A DNA stretch of 64,000 nucleotides from Mobula hypostoma. Lineage: Eukaryota. The stretch is taken from contig NC_086108.1 in assembly GCF_963921235.1 (NCBI RefSeq), positions 105,154,001 through 105,218,000 on the forward strand, given 5' to 3'. Both the position numbers and the translations under genes were made by a program. Below, one piece after another: positions 25,059 through 38,180 of this stretch (position 1 is the stretch's first letter; each line of letters opens with the position of its first letter). The notes beneath the pieces are model-generated. The model saw only the letters and a list, made by a program, of their open reading frames with translations, was not told where the DNA came from and ran no database searches.

Positions 25059-27483
25059 AGCAGACAGGAGAAATTGAAAACTACCTTTTCCAGAATAACC
25101 TTCTGGAATGAGCTACAGGGCTACGAAAACAAAAACTTCACACTATCTTAAAAGTTTCTTCCCCCAGCAGTCAATCTGATCAACCATTCCAGTTACCACC
25201 CCGCCCCCCTTTATCCCATTCACTGCACTGCACTGTAAACAATTTTAAACCCCCTTTTATAATACAGTTTACATTGTTAATACATGCTGGTATTTATGCA
25301 CATTTTATTCCATATCCATACTTTAAACTCTAACTTTATTTTTATATAATTCTTTATTCTTTATAATTGTTGAATTGTTATTCTTTCGTTTCATGTCGTG
25401 CCAACACACCAAGTAAATTCCTAATATGGTGAGTAACGCTGATCCCTGAACATGAATCTATATTCTGCATTCTGTTTTTTTTTTACTACCTTGATGTATT
25501 TATGCATGGCTTGCAAAACAATATCTTTTCTCTGTATCTCTGGACATGTGACAATAATAGACATCCCGTTAGACACCTTTGCCATAACCTCCTGATAGCT
25601 GTTTCAGTGCAAGTCTCCCTTAACAGTGAAATAACACATGACTGAAGGCCTGGTCACAGTGGAACTAGAAGGGACTGCAGAGCAGAAATGCATCAGAGCT
25701 GCCCGCCAAGTGTGGCCACACATTGCAGTGCCAGTGGCATACCCACAATGCTCAACAGAACAACACAGAACAGAAGCAAAAAAACAACAAGAGCAAATCA
25801 AGGCCCATACCTCCCTCCCACCCACATACATCACACCATCATATACAGAAAGGTTCTGGAAAAGGGCCAATAACATCAGGGTTAGTGTCTTGCTCATGGA
25901 CTGTTTGTCCCAGTCCCATCAGGCTATGTAGCATCATGTCAGGAGTACCAGACTCAAAAACAGTTACTTCCCCCAAACAGTAAGGCTGAGCAATATCTCC
26001 CCCTACTAACCCACTACTCCATACCCCCAACGACCACGACTTTATTATTTCCTGTCAGTCAGCTTATGGACATACAATCAGTCTATGTACAGTATGTATT
26101 TATATCTATTGTGTTTTTATTATTATTATTATTGTGTTTATCTTATTGTGCTTTTTTGTGCTGCATTGGATCCAGACTAACAATGATTTCATTCTGTTTT
26201 GCACCTGTGTACTGGAAATGACGTTAAACGATCTTGAATTTTGAATCTTTAGTTTCTTGTGCCAAGGATACTTACCCATTTGGAAAATATGCCAGTCCCA
26301 CATTAGCTTCACTGTGTATTTGAAGTGAAGATTATTCTTGGAATCAGTTGTCCTCAGCTACATGGGATTCACAATGAACGGAAACTCAACTAACTGCAAA
26401 TGCTGGAAGCTGGATCATCAAGAAACCTGCTGGAGGAACACAGTGGGTCGAGCAGCATCTGTGGGAAGAAAGGAATAGTTGACGTTTAGGGTCAAGACTC
26501 TGCCACGGGAAAATGCTTAAACACAAGAGATTCTGCAGATGCTAGATGTCTTGATCAACATACACAAAATGTTGGAGGAACTCAGCAGGTCAGGCCCCAT
26601 CTGTGGAGGGGAATAAACAGTCAACATTTTCGACCAAGACACTTTTTCGGGATCTTTGATCAGGGCAATGATCGTGTTTGAATTTGATTAGGCATAAAAC
26701 ATCAGAATGTAGGGTTTATGCTAGAAATGTACACAAGCTAGGTTGTAGCACATCATACTGTTCTGGTCTCCACATTGCAGTAAAGATAGAATTGTGCTTA
26801 AGAGCTTGCAAAGTTCAAAGTTCAAAGCCAAAAAGCAAACATATTACCAAAAGTGCTTATATGTCATCATTTACTGCTCCGAGACTCATTTTCTTGCAGG
26901 CATTCACAGCAAATACAAAGGAACACAATCATTGCAGAACTGCACACAAAGATGGACAAACAACCCATATGCAAAAGACAACAAATTGTACAAGTACAAA
27001 AAGTGAAAACAGAATAATAATAATAAATATATGATAAAGGCTGGGAATATGAGTTGTAGTGTCTTTGAAAGCAAGTCCATAGATTGTGGAATCAGTTCAG
27101 TGAAGTTATCAACTCTGGTTCAAGAGCCTGATGGCTGAGGGATAATAAGTGTTCCTGAAGTTGGTGGTGTGGGACCTGTACCTCCTTCCTGATGGCAACA
27201 ACAAGAAGAAGGCATGGCCTTGTTGGGGGTCCTTGATAATGGACGCTGTGTGGCATACTCCATGTAGATGTGCTCAATGGTGGGGATGGCTTTATCTGTG
27301 TTGGACTGGGCTGTGTCCATGACTTTTTGTCGGCTTTTTTGTGGACAATATTTATGAAAATGCTGCCAGAACCACTCTCCTGTAACCACGTGTCCACGAG
27401 TGTTCCCTCCAAGTGTTTGACTGTACAGCCACATCATAAAAGACACACAGGTTGTTAGGTTAATTGGTCATTGTGAATTGCCC

Positions 27484-27486
<3 letters not shown>

Positions 27487-27516
<30 letters not shown>
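27487..27516. repeat. (GT)n microsatellite
   Basis: Direct reading. Confidence 0.97.
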
Positions 27517-27517
<1 letters not shown>

Positions 27518-28182
27518 GGGTAGAATCTGGGGTGGAGTATATAGGAGGAACAAAACCTAAAGTCAGAGTAGAATTAGTGTAACTGGTGATGGGGTTGGGT
27601 TACTAGTGTACACAGAATCTGTGAGCCAATCAGTCTATTTCTATACCGTCTCTCTCTCTGACTCAACACTCTTTGAGTGATGCTGACCTGGGAGCTATTG
27701 TTTAAAGGAAGGAGGAATACCCCTTGCCTCAACTCCGCTATGGATGGTCTGAAGCCCAGCTGCGAAAAGAGAAGGGTCAGACGTGGGGCTAGCAACCCCA
27801 TCCCCTAAAACCCAGAGCTACAGAAACAGCAACAGAAGCCCCAAAGACCTCATCCCCGAGAAACGAAGGATCTTCAGAAATGGGCTTCACCTGGGATAAC
27901 TTGACCGACTGGCCCTTGGCAGAGGACTCTGGCAAGCTGCTGTCAGGAGCCTATCCCCCAGTAGGGTGATCATCTTGAGAGGAAGAGAAGAAGAAGAACA
28001 ACCCTCCCCTCACCGCCCCAGTAAAGCAGCCAGCATAATCAAAGTCCCCACCCACCACAGCCATTCTCTCTTCTCCCCTTTGCCAAGTAGAAGATATAGA
28101 ACCCTGAAAGCATGAACCACCAGTCTTAAGGACAGTTTGTACCCTACTATTATGACACCTCTTAAACGCAGTAGTTTCCTTG

Positions 28183-28540
28183 TGGGGTGGAGGTATGTCT
28201 CTACCTAAGGAGGTGTAAGGCACCCCTTCCCTCTGCTAGCCTGCAGGTCACCCTCGGGCAAGGTATAGCACCTGCTCAGCCCCCAGCATCAGGGTCACAT
28301 GAAGCCATGGGAGCAGGTGGTCGTATGAGCAGCTGGTGCACATCACAAGCCCTGGTTATGCGACCACTGACGCAGGAAAACACTGAAGAGTATTGATATG
28401 GCTGGGGTCACCTGTCTTGTAAAGACACTGCTCAGAACAAGGCAATGGCAAAACCACTTCTGTAGAAACATTTGCCAAGAACAGTCACGGTCAAGACCAT
28501 GATGGCCCGTGTCAAACAACACTGCACTTAACCATGATGA
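28183..28540 (+). mobile_element. RTE-related SINE-like element (other copies at 32975-33338 minus, 54972-55320, partial 59430-59632)
   Basis: Four collinear copies; aaggcaatggcaaaaccacttc motif resembling the BovB/Bov-A segment; (GAT)n tail. Confidence 0.72.
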
Positions 28541-30211
28541 TATATTAAGGCGGATTCTAGACCTCACAATCTACCTTGTTATTATTTTGCACCTTATTAT
28601 TTACCTGCACAGGAGTTCTGCTGTAGTGGTTACATTTTGTTCTCCATACTGTAATCGTTTTAACTTGTTCTGCCTTGATGCACTGTGTAATGATCTGAAC
28701 TGTATGAGCAGCTTGCAAGGAGAGCTTTTCACCGCATCTTGCTATAAATTTACTTTGACTTTGCTTGGTACATGTGACAGCTATAGGAAGGGTGTGGAGG
28801 AGAGTGGTAAGGAGATCTGAGAGGGTACTGCCTGGTTCAGAGAGTATGTCTTTTGAAGATAGGCTGAGCAAGATAGGACTTTGGAGTGAAGGAGGATGAG
28901 AGGTGACTTGATAGAGGTATACAAGATGATAAGAGGCATAAATTGAGTTGACAGTCAGAGACTTTCCCCGAGGCCGAAAATGGCTAATGCAAAGGGGCAT
29001 AATTTTACGATGATCGGAGGAAAGTATTGGGCAGGGTGTCAGACGTGTGCTTTCTCACAGAGAGTCGTCAAAGAATTCAAAGATCAAAATAAGGTTTATT
29101 ATCAAACTATGTACATATGTCACCATATACAACAGTGAGATTCATTTTCTTCTGGGCATTCGCAGGAAACACAAAACAACACAAAAGAATAAATGAAAAA
29201 CCGCACATGAGCAAAAATAGACAAACAACCAATGTGCAAAAGATGACACCGAGGGTTGTGGGAGTGTGGAACAAGCTGCCAATGCTAGTGGTGCATGCAA
29301 GCTCGATTTCAACATGTAGGAGAAGTTTGGATAGGTACATGGACGGTAGGGGTATGGAGAGCTATCGTCTGGGTGCAGGTCGCTGGGAGTAAGCAGTTTA
29401 GATGGTTCAGCATGGACTAGATGGGCCGAAGAGCCTGCTGCTGTGCTGTACTTTTCTATGCGTCTGCGGCTCTATGACAAACAGTGTAAATAAGAAGTGA
29501 GAATAACTAAATAAATAATATTGAAAACGTAAGTTGTAGAGTCCTTAAAAGTGAGTCCATAGGTTGTGGAATCAGCTCAGCCATTCCCTGCCATGGTTCC
29601 CCACCTCAAGCTCCCATTAGAGGGGAAAGAACAGCATCCAAATCACTTACTGTTTAACTTAAATCTTCCTGCCTCTCATCTCAATGCCCAACAATATATG
29701 GTTTACAGGCTTTTAATTCAAAGTGACTTAATCCAATTTTTACAACATAACATTTCCTATTTCACTGTGTTATTTATGCTTCTTAATTTGAATGACTGGA
29801 TAATACATTTTTTTATTGCAAAAATTGACTTTGAATTATCTCAAATAGATTACATATCCATTAGTTTTATTAGCATTCCAATGGTTATTGGCCTATTCAT
29901 CATGAAGTTGTAATGAAGTAATAAAGAGTTTGCAGTTATGGAGGACCTCAGAATGGCCCAAGGCTTTTTACAGCCAATGGTTTAGTTTCATAGTACAGAC
30001 ATAATTGTTAAATAGAGCAATTTGCTATTGTCTGCTTTGAAGACAATAGAATTCCATGACATGGAAAGAAAAATAACCAAGGGACAGAAGAGAAGATGCT
30101 GGAATCTAGTATAACCCAAACAATCTGCTGGAGGAATTCAATGGGTTGAGTAGCATCTGCATGAGTGGTGGAAGTGGGCTTGTAGACAAATTGGTTTAAA
30201 ACTCTGTAACG

Positions 30212-30290
30212 CAGGAGTTCCCAATGTTTTTAATGCCGTGGAGCCTTAACATAAACCAAGATTTCTGTGGACTCCAGGTTGGGAACCTCG
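30212..30290. mobile_element. hAT-type MITE, 79 bp, copy 2 in opposite orientation
   Basis: TIRs caggagttcccaa / ttgggaacctcg; perfect 8-bp TSD CTGTAACG (30204-30211, 30291-30298). Confidence 0.82.
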
Positions 30291-30894
30291 CTGTAACGGG
30301 ACTCAGTTACTGCTTACCTTGCTGAGTTTTGCCAGCAGATGATTGCGACTGATGAAGATGCCAATGCACAGGATCACAAGAGGCTGCAGAGTTTTGTAGA
30401 CTCATCCAGATCCATTATGAGCACAACCCTCGCCACCTTTGAGGACATATTCAAAAGACAGTGCCTCAAGAAGGCAGTATCATTCATTACGGACCCTCAA
30501 CATCCAAGACATTCCCCGTTCTCGTCACTACCGTTAGCGAAGGAGGTGAAGGAGCCTGAAGACCAACACTCAATGTTTTAGGAACAGCTTCTTTCCGTAC
30601 ACCATCAGATATCTGAATAGTCCATGAACCCATGAACACTTCTCCTCGTTTGCATCTTAGTTTGGTAACTTATGGTGATTTTTCTGCCTTGTATTATACT
30701 GCTGCCACAAAACAACAAATGTCAATTCTGATTCAGTTCAGAGATTACAGTACACTTGAAGTCCAAACTTGGGCATTACTAAGTTCAAAGGTCAAAGTGC
30801 ACTTATTATCAAATTATGTATTCATTATACAACCCTGTGATTTGTCTCCTTACAGTCAGCCTCTAAACAAAGAAACCCAGAAGAACCCATTAAA

Positions 30895-31394
30895 GTAGAG
30901 AGAGTACAGAGAAGGTTTACTAGAATGTTACCTGGGTTTCATCATCTAAGTTACAGAGAAAGGTTGAACAAGTTGGGTCTTTATTCTTTGGAACATAGAA
31001 GGTTGAGGGGGGACTTGATAGAGGTATTTAAAATTATGAGAGGGATAGATAGAGTTGACATAGACAGGCTTTTTCCATTGAGAGTGGGGGACATTCAAAC
31101 CAGAGGACATGAGTTCACAGTTAAAGGGCAAAAGTTTAGGGGTAACATGAGGGGGAACTTCTTTACTCAGAGAGTGGTAGTTGTGTGGAACGAGCTTCCA
31201 GCAGAAGTGGTTGAGGTAGGTTCGATGTTGTCATTTAAAGTTAAACTGGATTGATATATGGACAGGAAAGGAATGGAGGGTTATGGGCCGAGTGCAGGTC
31301 GGTGGGACTAGGTGAGAGTAAGAGCTCGGCACAGACTAGAAGGGCCGAGATGGCCTGTTTCCGTGCTGTAATTGTTATATGGTTATACGGTTAT
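30895..31394 (+). mobile_element. CR1 LINE 3' fragment
   Basis: ORF 30925-31254; (TATGGT)-like tail; possible TSD ATTAAA (30889-30894, 31395-31400). Confidence 0.9.
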
Positions 31395-31544
31395 ATTAAA
31401 AAAAGAAGACAGTCAAACACCCTATACCAAACCATGCAAGCAATAAATGGCTATTGTAGCAGAAGACCACAGACATACAGGAAGTACCTAATTATGTGGC
31501 TACTGAGCGTATAGTGAATTAGAATCAGAATCAGGCTTATTATC

Positions 31545-32008
31545 ATAGTCATAGTCATACTTTATTGATCCCGGGGGAAATTGGTTTTCGTTACAGTTGC
31601 ACCATAAAAAATTAAATAGTAATAAAACCATAAATAGTTAAACAGTAATATGTAAATTATTCCAGGAAATAAGTCCAGGACCAGCCTATTGGCTCAGGAT
31701 GTCTGACCCTCCAAGGGAGGAGTTGTAAAGTTTGATGGCCACAGGCAGGAATGACTTCCTATGACGCTCTGTGCTGCATCTCGGTGGAATGAGTATCTGG
31801 CTGAATGTACTCCTGTGCCCAACCAGTACATTATGTAGTGGATGGAAGACATTGTCCAAGATGGCATGCAACTTGGACAGCATCCTCTTTTCAGACACCA
31901 CCGTCAGAGAGTCCAGTTCCATCCCCACAACATCACTGGCCTTACGAAGGAGTTTGTTGATTCTGTTGGCGTCTGCTACCCTCAGCCTGCTGCCCCAGCA
32001 CACAACAG
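31545..32008 (-). mobile_element. Rex1/Babar-like LINE 3' fragment
   Basis: ORF 31686-32003 (CWGSRLRVADANRINKLLRKA..SFLPVAIKLYN); (GACTAT)n tail. Confidence 0.85.
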
Positions 32009-32104
32009 TATGTTGTGAATTTTTTTATTTTGTGGCAGCAGTACAGTGCAAGACACAAAGCAAAATACTATAATGTAAGTTGCAATAGATAAATAATGCA
32101 AAAA

Positions 32105-32540
32105 GAGAGCAGAATAGGTACAGTTCATGGGTTGATAGACTGTTCAGCAATCTGTTGGCTGCGGAGAAGAAGCCGTCCCTGAAACTTTGAGTGCGTGTCA
32201 ATCAGGCTCTTGTACCTCCTCCCTGATAATGGTAGTGACAAGGTAGCATGTCCTGGATGGTGAGGGTCCTTAATGATGGATTTGAGGCAATGCATTTTGA
32301 AAATGTCCTCAAAGTTGGGGAGGCTTGGGTCCGTGATGGAGCTGGCTGAGTTTATAACTCTCCGCAGCCTCCAGTGATCCTGTGCATTGGAGCCTCCATT
32401 CCAGATGACAATGTGACCAGTCAGAATGCTCTCCAGGGTACACCTGCAGAACTTTGCTTGAGCCTTTGCTGACATACTGAATCTCCTCAGACTCTCCATG
32501 AAGAATTGCTGCTGGTGGGCCTTCTTCGTGATTGCATCAA
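32105..32540 (-). mobile_element. Rex1/Babar-like LINE 3' fragment, old
   Basis: ORF 32125-32499 (LESILTG..IIKDPHHPGH..LSGRRYKSL). Confidence 0.82.
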
Positions 32541-32544
32541 TATG

Positions 32545-32852
32545 CTAGATGATCGCAAATTGAGGTTAATCACAAGTCAATTATAACTATGAAATTTAGC
32601 TGCTCTATAGTCTCTCACAACTTCTTTACACCACCCTCTACATTTCTCTAATTCACTTTGTATTATTTTATCTAACTGATTGGTATTGGCAATCGGTTTA
32701 CCAGAGTCACTTTTACCAAAATACAGTAAATGAAGAAATAGCAGATTTGGGAATCTAGACATGGGTGTTAATCAAAGCAGGATTCTCTTGAAGCACAACA
32801 TTTCCATACTGGTTAGGTTAGACACTGGGTAGCGTCAACTTCCAGACCAGAA
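32545..32852. repeat. Unclassified dispersed repeat; inverted copy at 55676-56012
   Basis: Long reverse-complement matches, e.g. atgaaatttagctgctctatagtctctcacaacttctttacacca and agatttgggaatctagacatggg. Confidence 0.85.
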
Positions 32853-32974
32853 ACTCAAAGCTTCTCTCTAAGTCATACCACACCCCCACCCCCTACTTTG
32901 GAATACTTGAGGTTTATCACATGATGCTGTCTGGATTGGAAGGCATGAGATATAAGGAGAGGTTGGATTTATCA

Positions 32975-33338
32975 TTATTATCATTATGTGCTGTGTTGTA
33001 TGACATTGGCGATCATGGTCTATTGACTGTGATTGTTCTTGTTCTTGGCAAACTTTTCTACAGAAGTTGTTTGCTATTGCCTTCTTCTGGTCAGTATCTT
33101 TACAAGACGGGTAACCCCAGCCATTGTCAATACTCTTCAGAGGTTGTCTTCCTGGCATCGATTATCGCATAACCAGGACTTGTGATATGCACCAGCTGCT
33201 CATATGACTATCCACCACCTGGTCTCATGGCTTCACATGACCCTGATCAGGGGAGGGGGGCTCAGCAGATGCTACACCTTGCCCAAGGGTGACCTGCAGA
33301 TGAGCAGAGGGAAGGTGAGAGACATATATCCACCCCAC
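32975..33338 (-). mobile_element. RTE-related SINE-like element
   Basis: Reverse complement of the 28183-28540 family. Confidence 0.72.
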
Positions 33339-33589
33339 CACCATGGAGGTTGGATTGCTTTTGATAGATTAGTAAAGGTAAATTGGCTTATCATTTTCAA
33401 ATGTATTAAAGTGAAGTGAAAAACTTTGTTTTGCTTGTCCTCCCTACAGATCATTGCAAGATATCAGTACGCTGAGTGGACTGATTGGAGTATAATGTTA
33501 CAATTACTGAGAAAGTGCTGTGTACACACGTACACAATAAGGTGCAGGGGCCATGATGAGGTAGATAGGAAATCAAGAGTCTTTCTTAC

Positions 33590-33975
33590 TGTTGTTGTTC
33601 TATTTCACGCCTTGTGACACATTGGGTGGAATTTTTTGCTGTTTCCTTAGCATTTGTCTATTTTTCTTTACGACGCAGAGTCGCCAGCTCAACGCTCAAC
33701 CCAGCATGAATGGAAAGCATACAAAGGGCCAGCTGGGCCATTCACCTCGAGGGCCAGCTGGACCATTCACCTCGAGGGCCAGCTGGGCCATTCACCTCGA
33801 GGGCCAGCTGGACCATTCACCTCGAGGGCCAGCTGGGCCATTCACCTCGAGGGCCAGCTGGGCCATTCACCTCGAGGGCCAGTTGGACCATTCACCTCGA
33901 GGGCCAGCTGGGCCATTCACCTCGAGGGCCAGCTGAACCATTCACCTCGAGGGCCAGTACTGATGCCACTGCACC
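33590..33975 (-). mobile_element. tRNA-derived SINE (head/body related to 59789-60086) hosting a minisatellite
   Basis: Minus-strand head tggtgcagtggcatcagt; body tgctttccattcatgctgggttgagcgttgag matches 59877-59908. Confidence 0.7.
33726..33958. repeat. 25-bp minisatellite, 9 full copies plus a partial (gggccagctgg[g/a]ccattcacctcga)
   Basis: Direct reading; head-to-tail with no spacers. Confidence 0.97.
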
Positions 33976-34649
33976 ACTGTCTAGCCCATTTTATTGCACA
34001 TGGTTATAAAGAGCTGAATAGATTATAAATAGCTGAACCACAGGCATAGTTCTTTGCTGGGCAGTTCCAAAACGAGGAAGGTTGATCTAACAGCATAATT
34101 GAAATGAGAAAAATTGAATAATATGGAAGATATTCTGGTTTAAGATGGCTTTTTTATGGGTTCATTTGGGTTAGAATGATGTTAGAATTTCTGTTAGAAG
34201 ATGAATCTCAATGTTGTACAATGTGTACATACTTTAATAGTAAATATACTTTGAAGTTGAGTGTTCTTTGTTTTTCCCTTGTCTGATCTCAATGCACTGT
34301 CCTATAAAATAATCTGTATGAAAGGCATGCAAAGCAATGCTTCACTTTGTACTCTTGGGACATGAGATGATAATAAACCAGCTACCAATTACCCATTTCC
34401 ACCAGTGTTGGCAGCCAGTAAAAACAGCAGGATTCAGGATGGGAATCAGGAAGTGTGCCGTGACAGAAACTGAAACTCCCTCTCAGTGGGCTTTGGCTTT
34501 GAGCCCATTCCACGTGTGAAAACAAAGGTGCGTGCACTTTCATTTTTTGTTTATTTAGAGCGAGGCCCTTCCTGCCCAACACCACCCAATTACACCAGTG
34601 TGACCCTTTAACCTACAAACCGCACTATTTTTGCTCTCTCTTTACACCA

Positions 34650-36242
34650 CTTGGGACCAGCACATTTTGGCCCAATTAAGCAGTTGCCCCAGTTAGCCGA
34701 ATTACATGGAAATAGTTAACAAGGTATAAAAAACACGAACTACCTTTTAACTAACTAATAAATTACGTACAGATCAAATTAGAGCACTACCAATACTACA
34801 TCAGCACTATAGAACTGTATTAGTTGCTAAAAATTATTAACAGAGCTGCCGTGTTTTTTTGATTGACTGTAAATGAACAAAATCAGTGCAGCTATCTAGT
34901 GCAGGAAATAGACTGCCCTCATACAATGCTTTTGATGATTGCATCCTCCAAATCTTCATTTTTTAATTGTTGATACCTTCAACTTCTTCACAGTTCCTAA
35001 CTTTTCGTAGTGAAATTGTTTCCTTTTCACTCATAGCCATTCCTGACATCTCCAAGCCTGGATGCTTAAAACTGCAGTGAGAAAAAAACAGTTCTGAATT
35101 GTCTTACTGCTTATTTCTCACCAACTATCAGTGACAAACATCACTGCTTTTTGAACAAAAATACACAGAATTGATGCTACTTAAAAACTGTTTGCTCCAA
35201 ACACGGTGTAGTGTCTGATGGCCACACAAGAAGGTGATTGACACTGGTTAGAAACTTCAGCAAAGGTCTCCTGTCCCAATTAAGTGGCTTAGTACCCTAA
35301 ATAAACAAAGGGAATCCCAGCTATTTTCTCGATTAGCTTTTGCTCTTTAAGAATTGTCTCAAGTAAGCAGCTGCCCTCATTAACTGATGGCCCAGATAGA
35401 TAGCTAGGTAGATACTTTATTGACCCCAAAGGAAATTACAGTGTCACGGTAGCATTACAAGTACTCAGATATACAAATATTAGAAGAGAAGTAAGAAAGA
35501 ATAAAAGTTATCTCAAACAGTCTAACAGAAGGGGCTCATCACTTCCCCGGCTACAGGTTGACTCATTATAGAACCTAATGGCCAAGGGTAAGAATGACCT
35601 CATATAGCGCTCTTTGGAGCAGTGCAGTTGTCTTAGTCTATTACTGAAACTGCTCCTCTGTTCAGCCAATGCGGCATGCAGAGGGTGAGAAACATTGTCC
35701 AGAATTGCCAGGATTTTCTAAAGGGTCATTTGTTCTACCACAGCCTCCAGTGTGTCCAGTTTGACTCCTATAACAGAGCCAGCCTTTCTAATCAGTTTAT
35801 TGAGCCTATTGGCATCACCTGTGATGGTGCCATTGCCCCAGCACCCCACCCCGTAGAAGATTGTACTGGCGACAACAGACTGGTAGGACATGAGTCCTGC
35901 ATACTCCAAAGGACCTTGGTCTCCTCAGGAAGTAAAGGCGACTCTGGCCCTTCTTGTACACAGCCTCTGTGTTGGTGATCCACTCAGCTCTGTCATCCAG
36001 GTGCATCCCCAGGTATTTATAGGTCCTCACCATATCCACGTCTTCACCAACAGTAATAACAGGGAGCAGTGTAGGCTTGGTCTTCCTAAAGTCCACCACC
36101 ATCTCCTTTGTCTTACTGATGTTGAGCTAAAGATGGTTTAGCTTGCAGCATTTGACAAAATCCTCCACCAGGGCCCTGTATTCATCCTCCCATCCTCCTT
36201 TCTTACACCCAACTATCGACCAATTAACTGGAATCCACTGCA
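34650..36242. mobile_element. pogo/Tigger-like non-autonomous DNA element, interrupted by Rex1 at 35397-36218
   Basis: Right end caattaactggaatccactg; repeated subterminal ccaattaa motifs; left end eroded. Confidence 0.5.
35397..36218 (-). mobile_element. Rex1/Babar-like LINE 3' fragment
   Basis: ORFs 35815-36102 (MVVDFRK..YKYLGMHLD..KKGQSRLYFLRR) and 35718-35909; (TATC)n tail. Confidence 0.88.
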
Positions 36243-36294
36243 TTTATTTATTTATCTATTACTGTCATTTATATAATTATATTTTTATTTATAG

Positions 36295-36590
36295 AAGAGC
36301 AGCATAGTAGCATAGTGCCTTACAGTACCAGCAACCTAGGATCAATTCTTATCACTGCCTGGAAGGAGTTTGTATGTGCTGCCCGTGACAGTGTGGGCTT
36401 CCTTTGGGTGCTCCCGTTTCCTCTCACAGTCTAAATTCCTACCAGTGAGTAGGCTAATTGGTCATTGTAAATTGTCTGATCATTAGGCTAGGGTTAAATC
36501 GGGGTTTGCTGGGCAGTGCGGCTCGAAGGGTCAGAAGAACTTGTTTTCTGCTGTATCTCAATGACTGAATAAAAAAGTAAATAAATACAT
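36295..36590 (+). mobile_element. V-SINE (HE1-like)
   Basis: Head, V-domain and tail collinear with 15540-15790 and 47572-47995. Confidence 0.78.
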
Positions 36591-37774
36591 TCTGTATGTA
36601 TTATTTGTTGCCACAAATCAACAAATTTTAAAATATATGCCAGTGAGTGATATTAAACCTGATTTTGTAGCTGTACATTCTTGGAATGTGGGAGGAAACT
36701 GAAACCCGTGCAGTCACTGGGAGAATGCAGAACACTTTACAGACAATGGCAGGAATTTGACCCAGTTCACTGGTGCTGTAGTGGTGATATGCTAACCGCT
36801 ACACCACAGTATTTTGTTAGATAAGGTTGTCAGCAGTTACTTAGCCGTGATCTAACTCAATGAGTGATCACTCTTGTATAGAATCCCACACCACATCGAA
36901 AACTTCTTGACTGTGGACCAGCAAGTTTAGCTTCAATTCTAATTTTGGCCTCTATCTGTGCTGCAAATTTCTATAATTATGTATTTCATTCTCTAAACAG
37001 TTACTCTCCAGGTTACAGTAGACATCAAGTTTAAGTTGATTGTCACCTGCCTGTACATATATACAACCAAACGAAACAATGTTCTTCCAGACCACGGTGC
37101 ACGGTGCAGAAAATAATGGGCTCAACTCAATGCATATATCACTCAGCATATAAAACAAAATATTACCACAAATAAATTAATAAAATAAATGTCAAAGTAC
37201 ATGTAGTGTACAACATAGGTAAACATTAAACAGTAAATTAGACAGTAAACCCTTGCTATCCTAGTGATGAGATCTTGGTGGGGACAGGGTATTCACAGCA
37301 TGAGCTAAGAAGCTGTTACCCAGTGCAGGAATCCTAATCCTAAAGCTCCTAGATCTGTTCCTGTGAACTTGGAAAAACAGGAAGTGCCTACAGCTCTGTG
37401 GCTGGTTAATCCATCCTGCCAGTTTTCCAAACACTCGTTCATCGGTATAGACAACATAAGATGCGTCTTCGTAGGCTAGAAGATTCAGCTTGTCACCAAA
37501 CATTCCACAGATATACTATTATAAGTGTCCTGCATCATGGTCTACTATGGCAATTTGAATGTACAGGAACATTGAATAGCTGCAGAAAATAATGGGCTGA
37601 ACCCAATGCATCCCAGATACATCCCTTCCCCACAATTGGTAGTATCTGGAGGAGGTGCTTCCTCAAGATGGCAGCATCCATCATCCAGGGAATGTCCTCT
37701 TCTCACAGCTCCCATTGGGCAGGGATTATAGAAGTCTGAAGTCCCATACTACCAGACTCAAGAATGACTACTTC

Positions 37775-38180
37775 CATAAGACCATAAGACAAAGGAGTAG
37801 AAATCGGCCATTCGGCCCATCGAGTCTGCTCTGCCATTTTATCATGAGCAGATCCATTCTCCCATTTAGTTCCACTCCCTCACCTTCTCACCATAACCTT
37901 TGATGCCCTGGCTACTTAGATACCTGTCAATCTCTGCCTTAAATACACCCAATGACTTGGCCTCCACTGCTGCCCGTGGCAACAAATTCCATAGATTCAC
38001 CACCCTCTGACTAAAAAAATTTCTTCGCATTTCTGTTCTGAATGGGCGCCCTTCAATCCTTAAGTCATGCCCTCTCGTACTAGACTCCCCCATCATGGGA
38101 AACAACTTTGCCACATCCACTCTGTCCATGCCTTTCAACATTTGAAATGTCTCTGTGAGGTCTCCCCTCATTCTTCTAAT
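37775..38180 (-). mobile_element. CR1 LINE 3' fragment
   Basis: ORF 37866-38228 (RRMRGDLTETF..RRNFFSQRVVNLWNLLP); tail cataagaccataagac. Confidence 0.9.

Noticed and set aside
28183..28420. HDV-like or hammerhead ribozyme in the RTE-related SINE (CTGAAGA present)
   Set aside because: No stem II-GAAA follows the CTGAAGA and I could not build an HDV double pseudoknot by eye; a descriptor search would be needed
33726..33958. CRISPR-like array of 25-bp repeats
   Set aside because: Units are contiguous with no unique spacers; no cas genes; eukaryotic context
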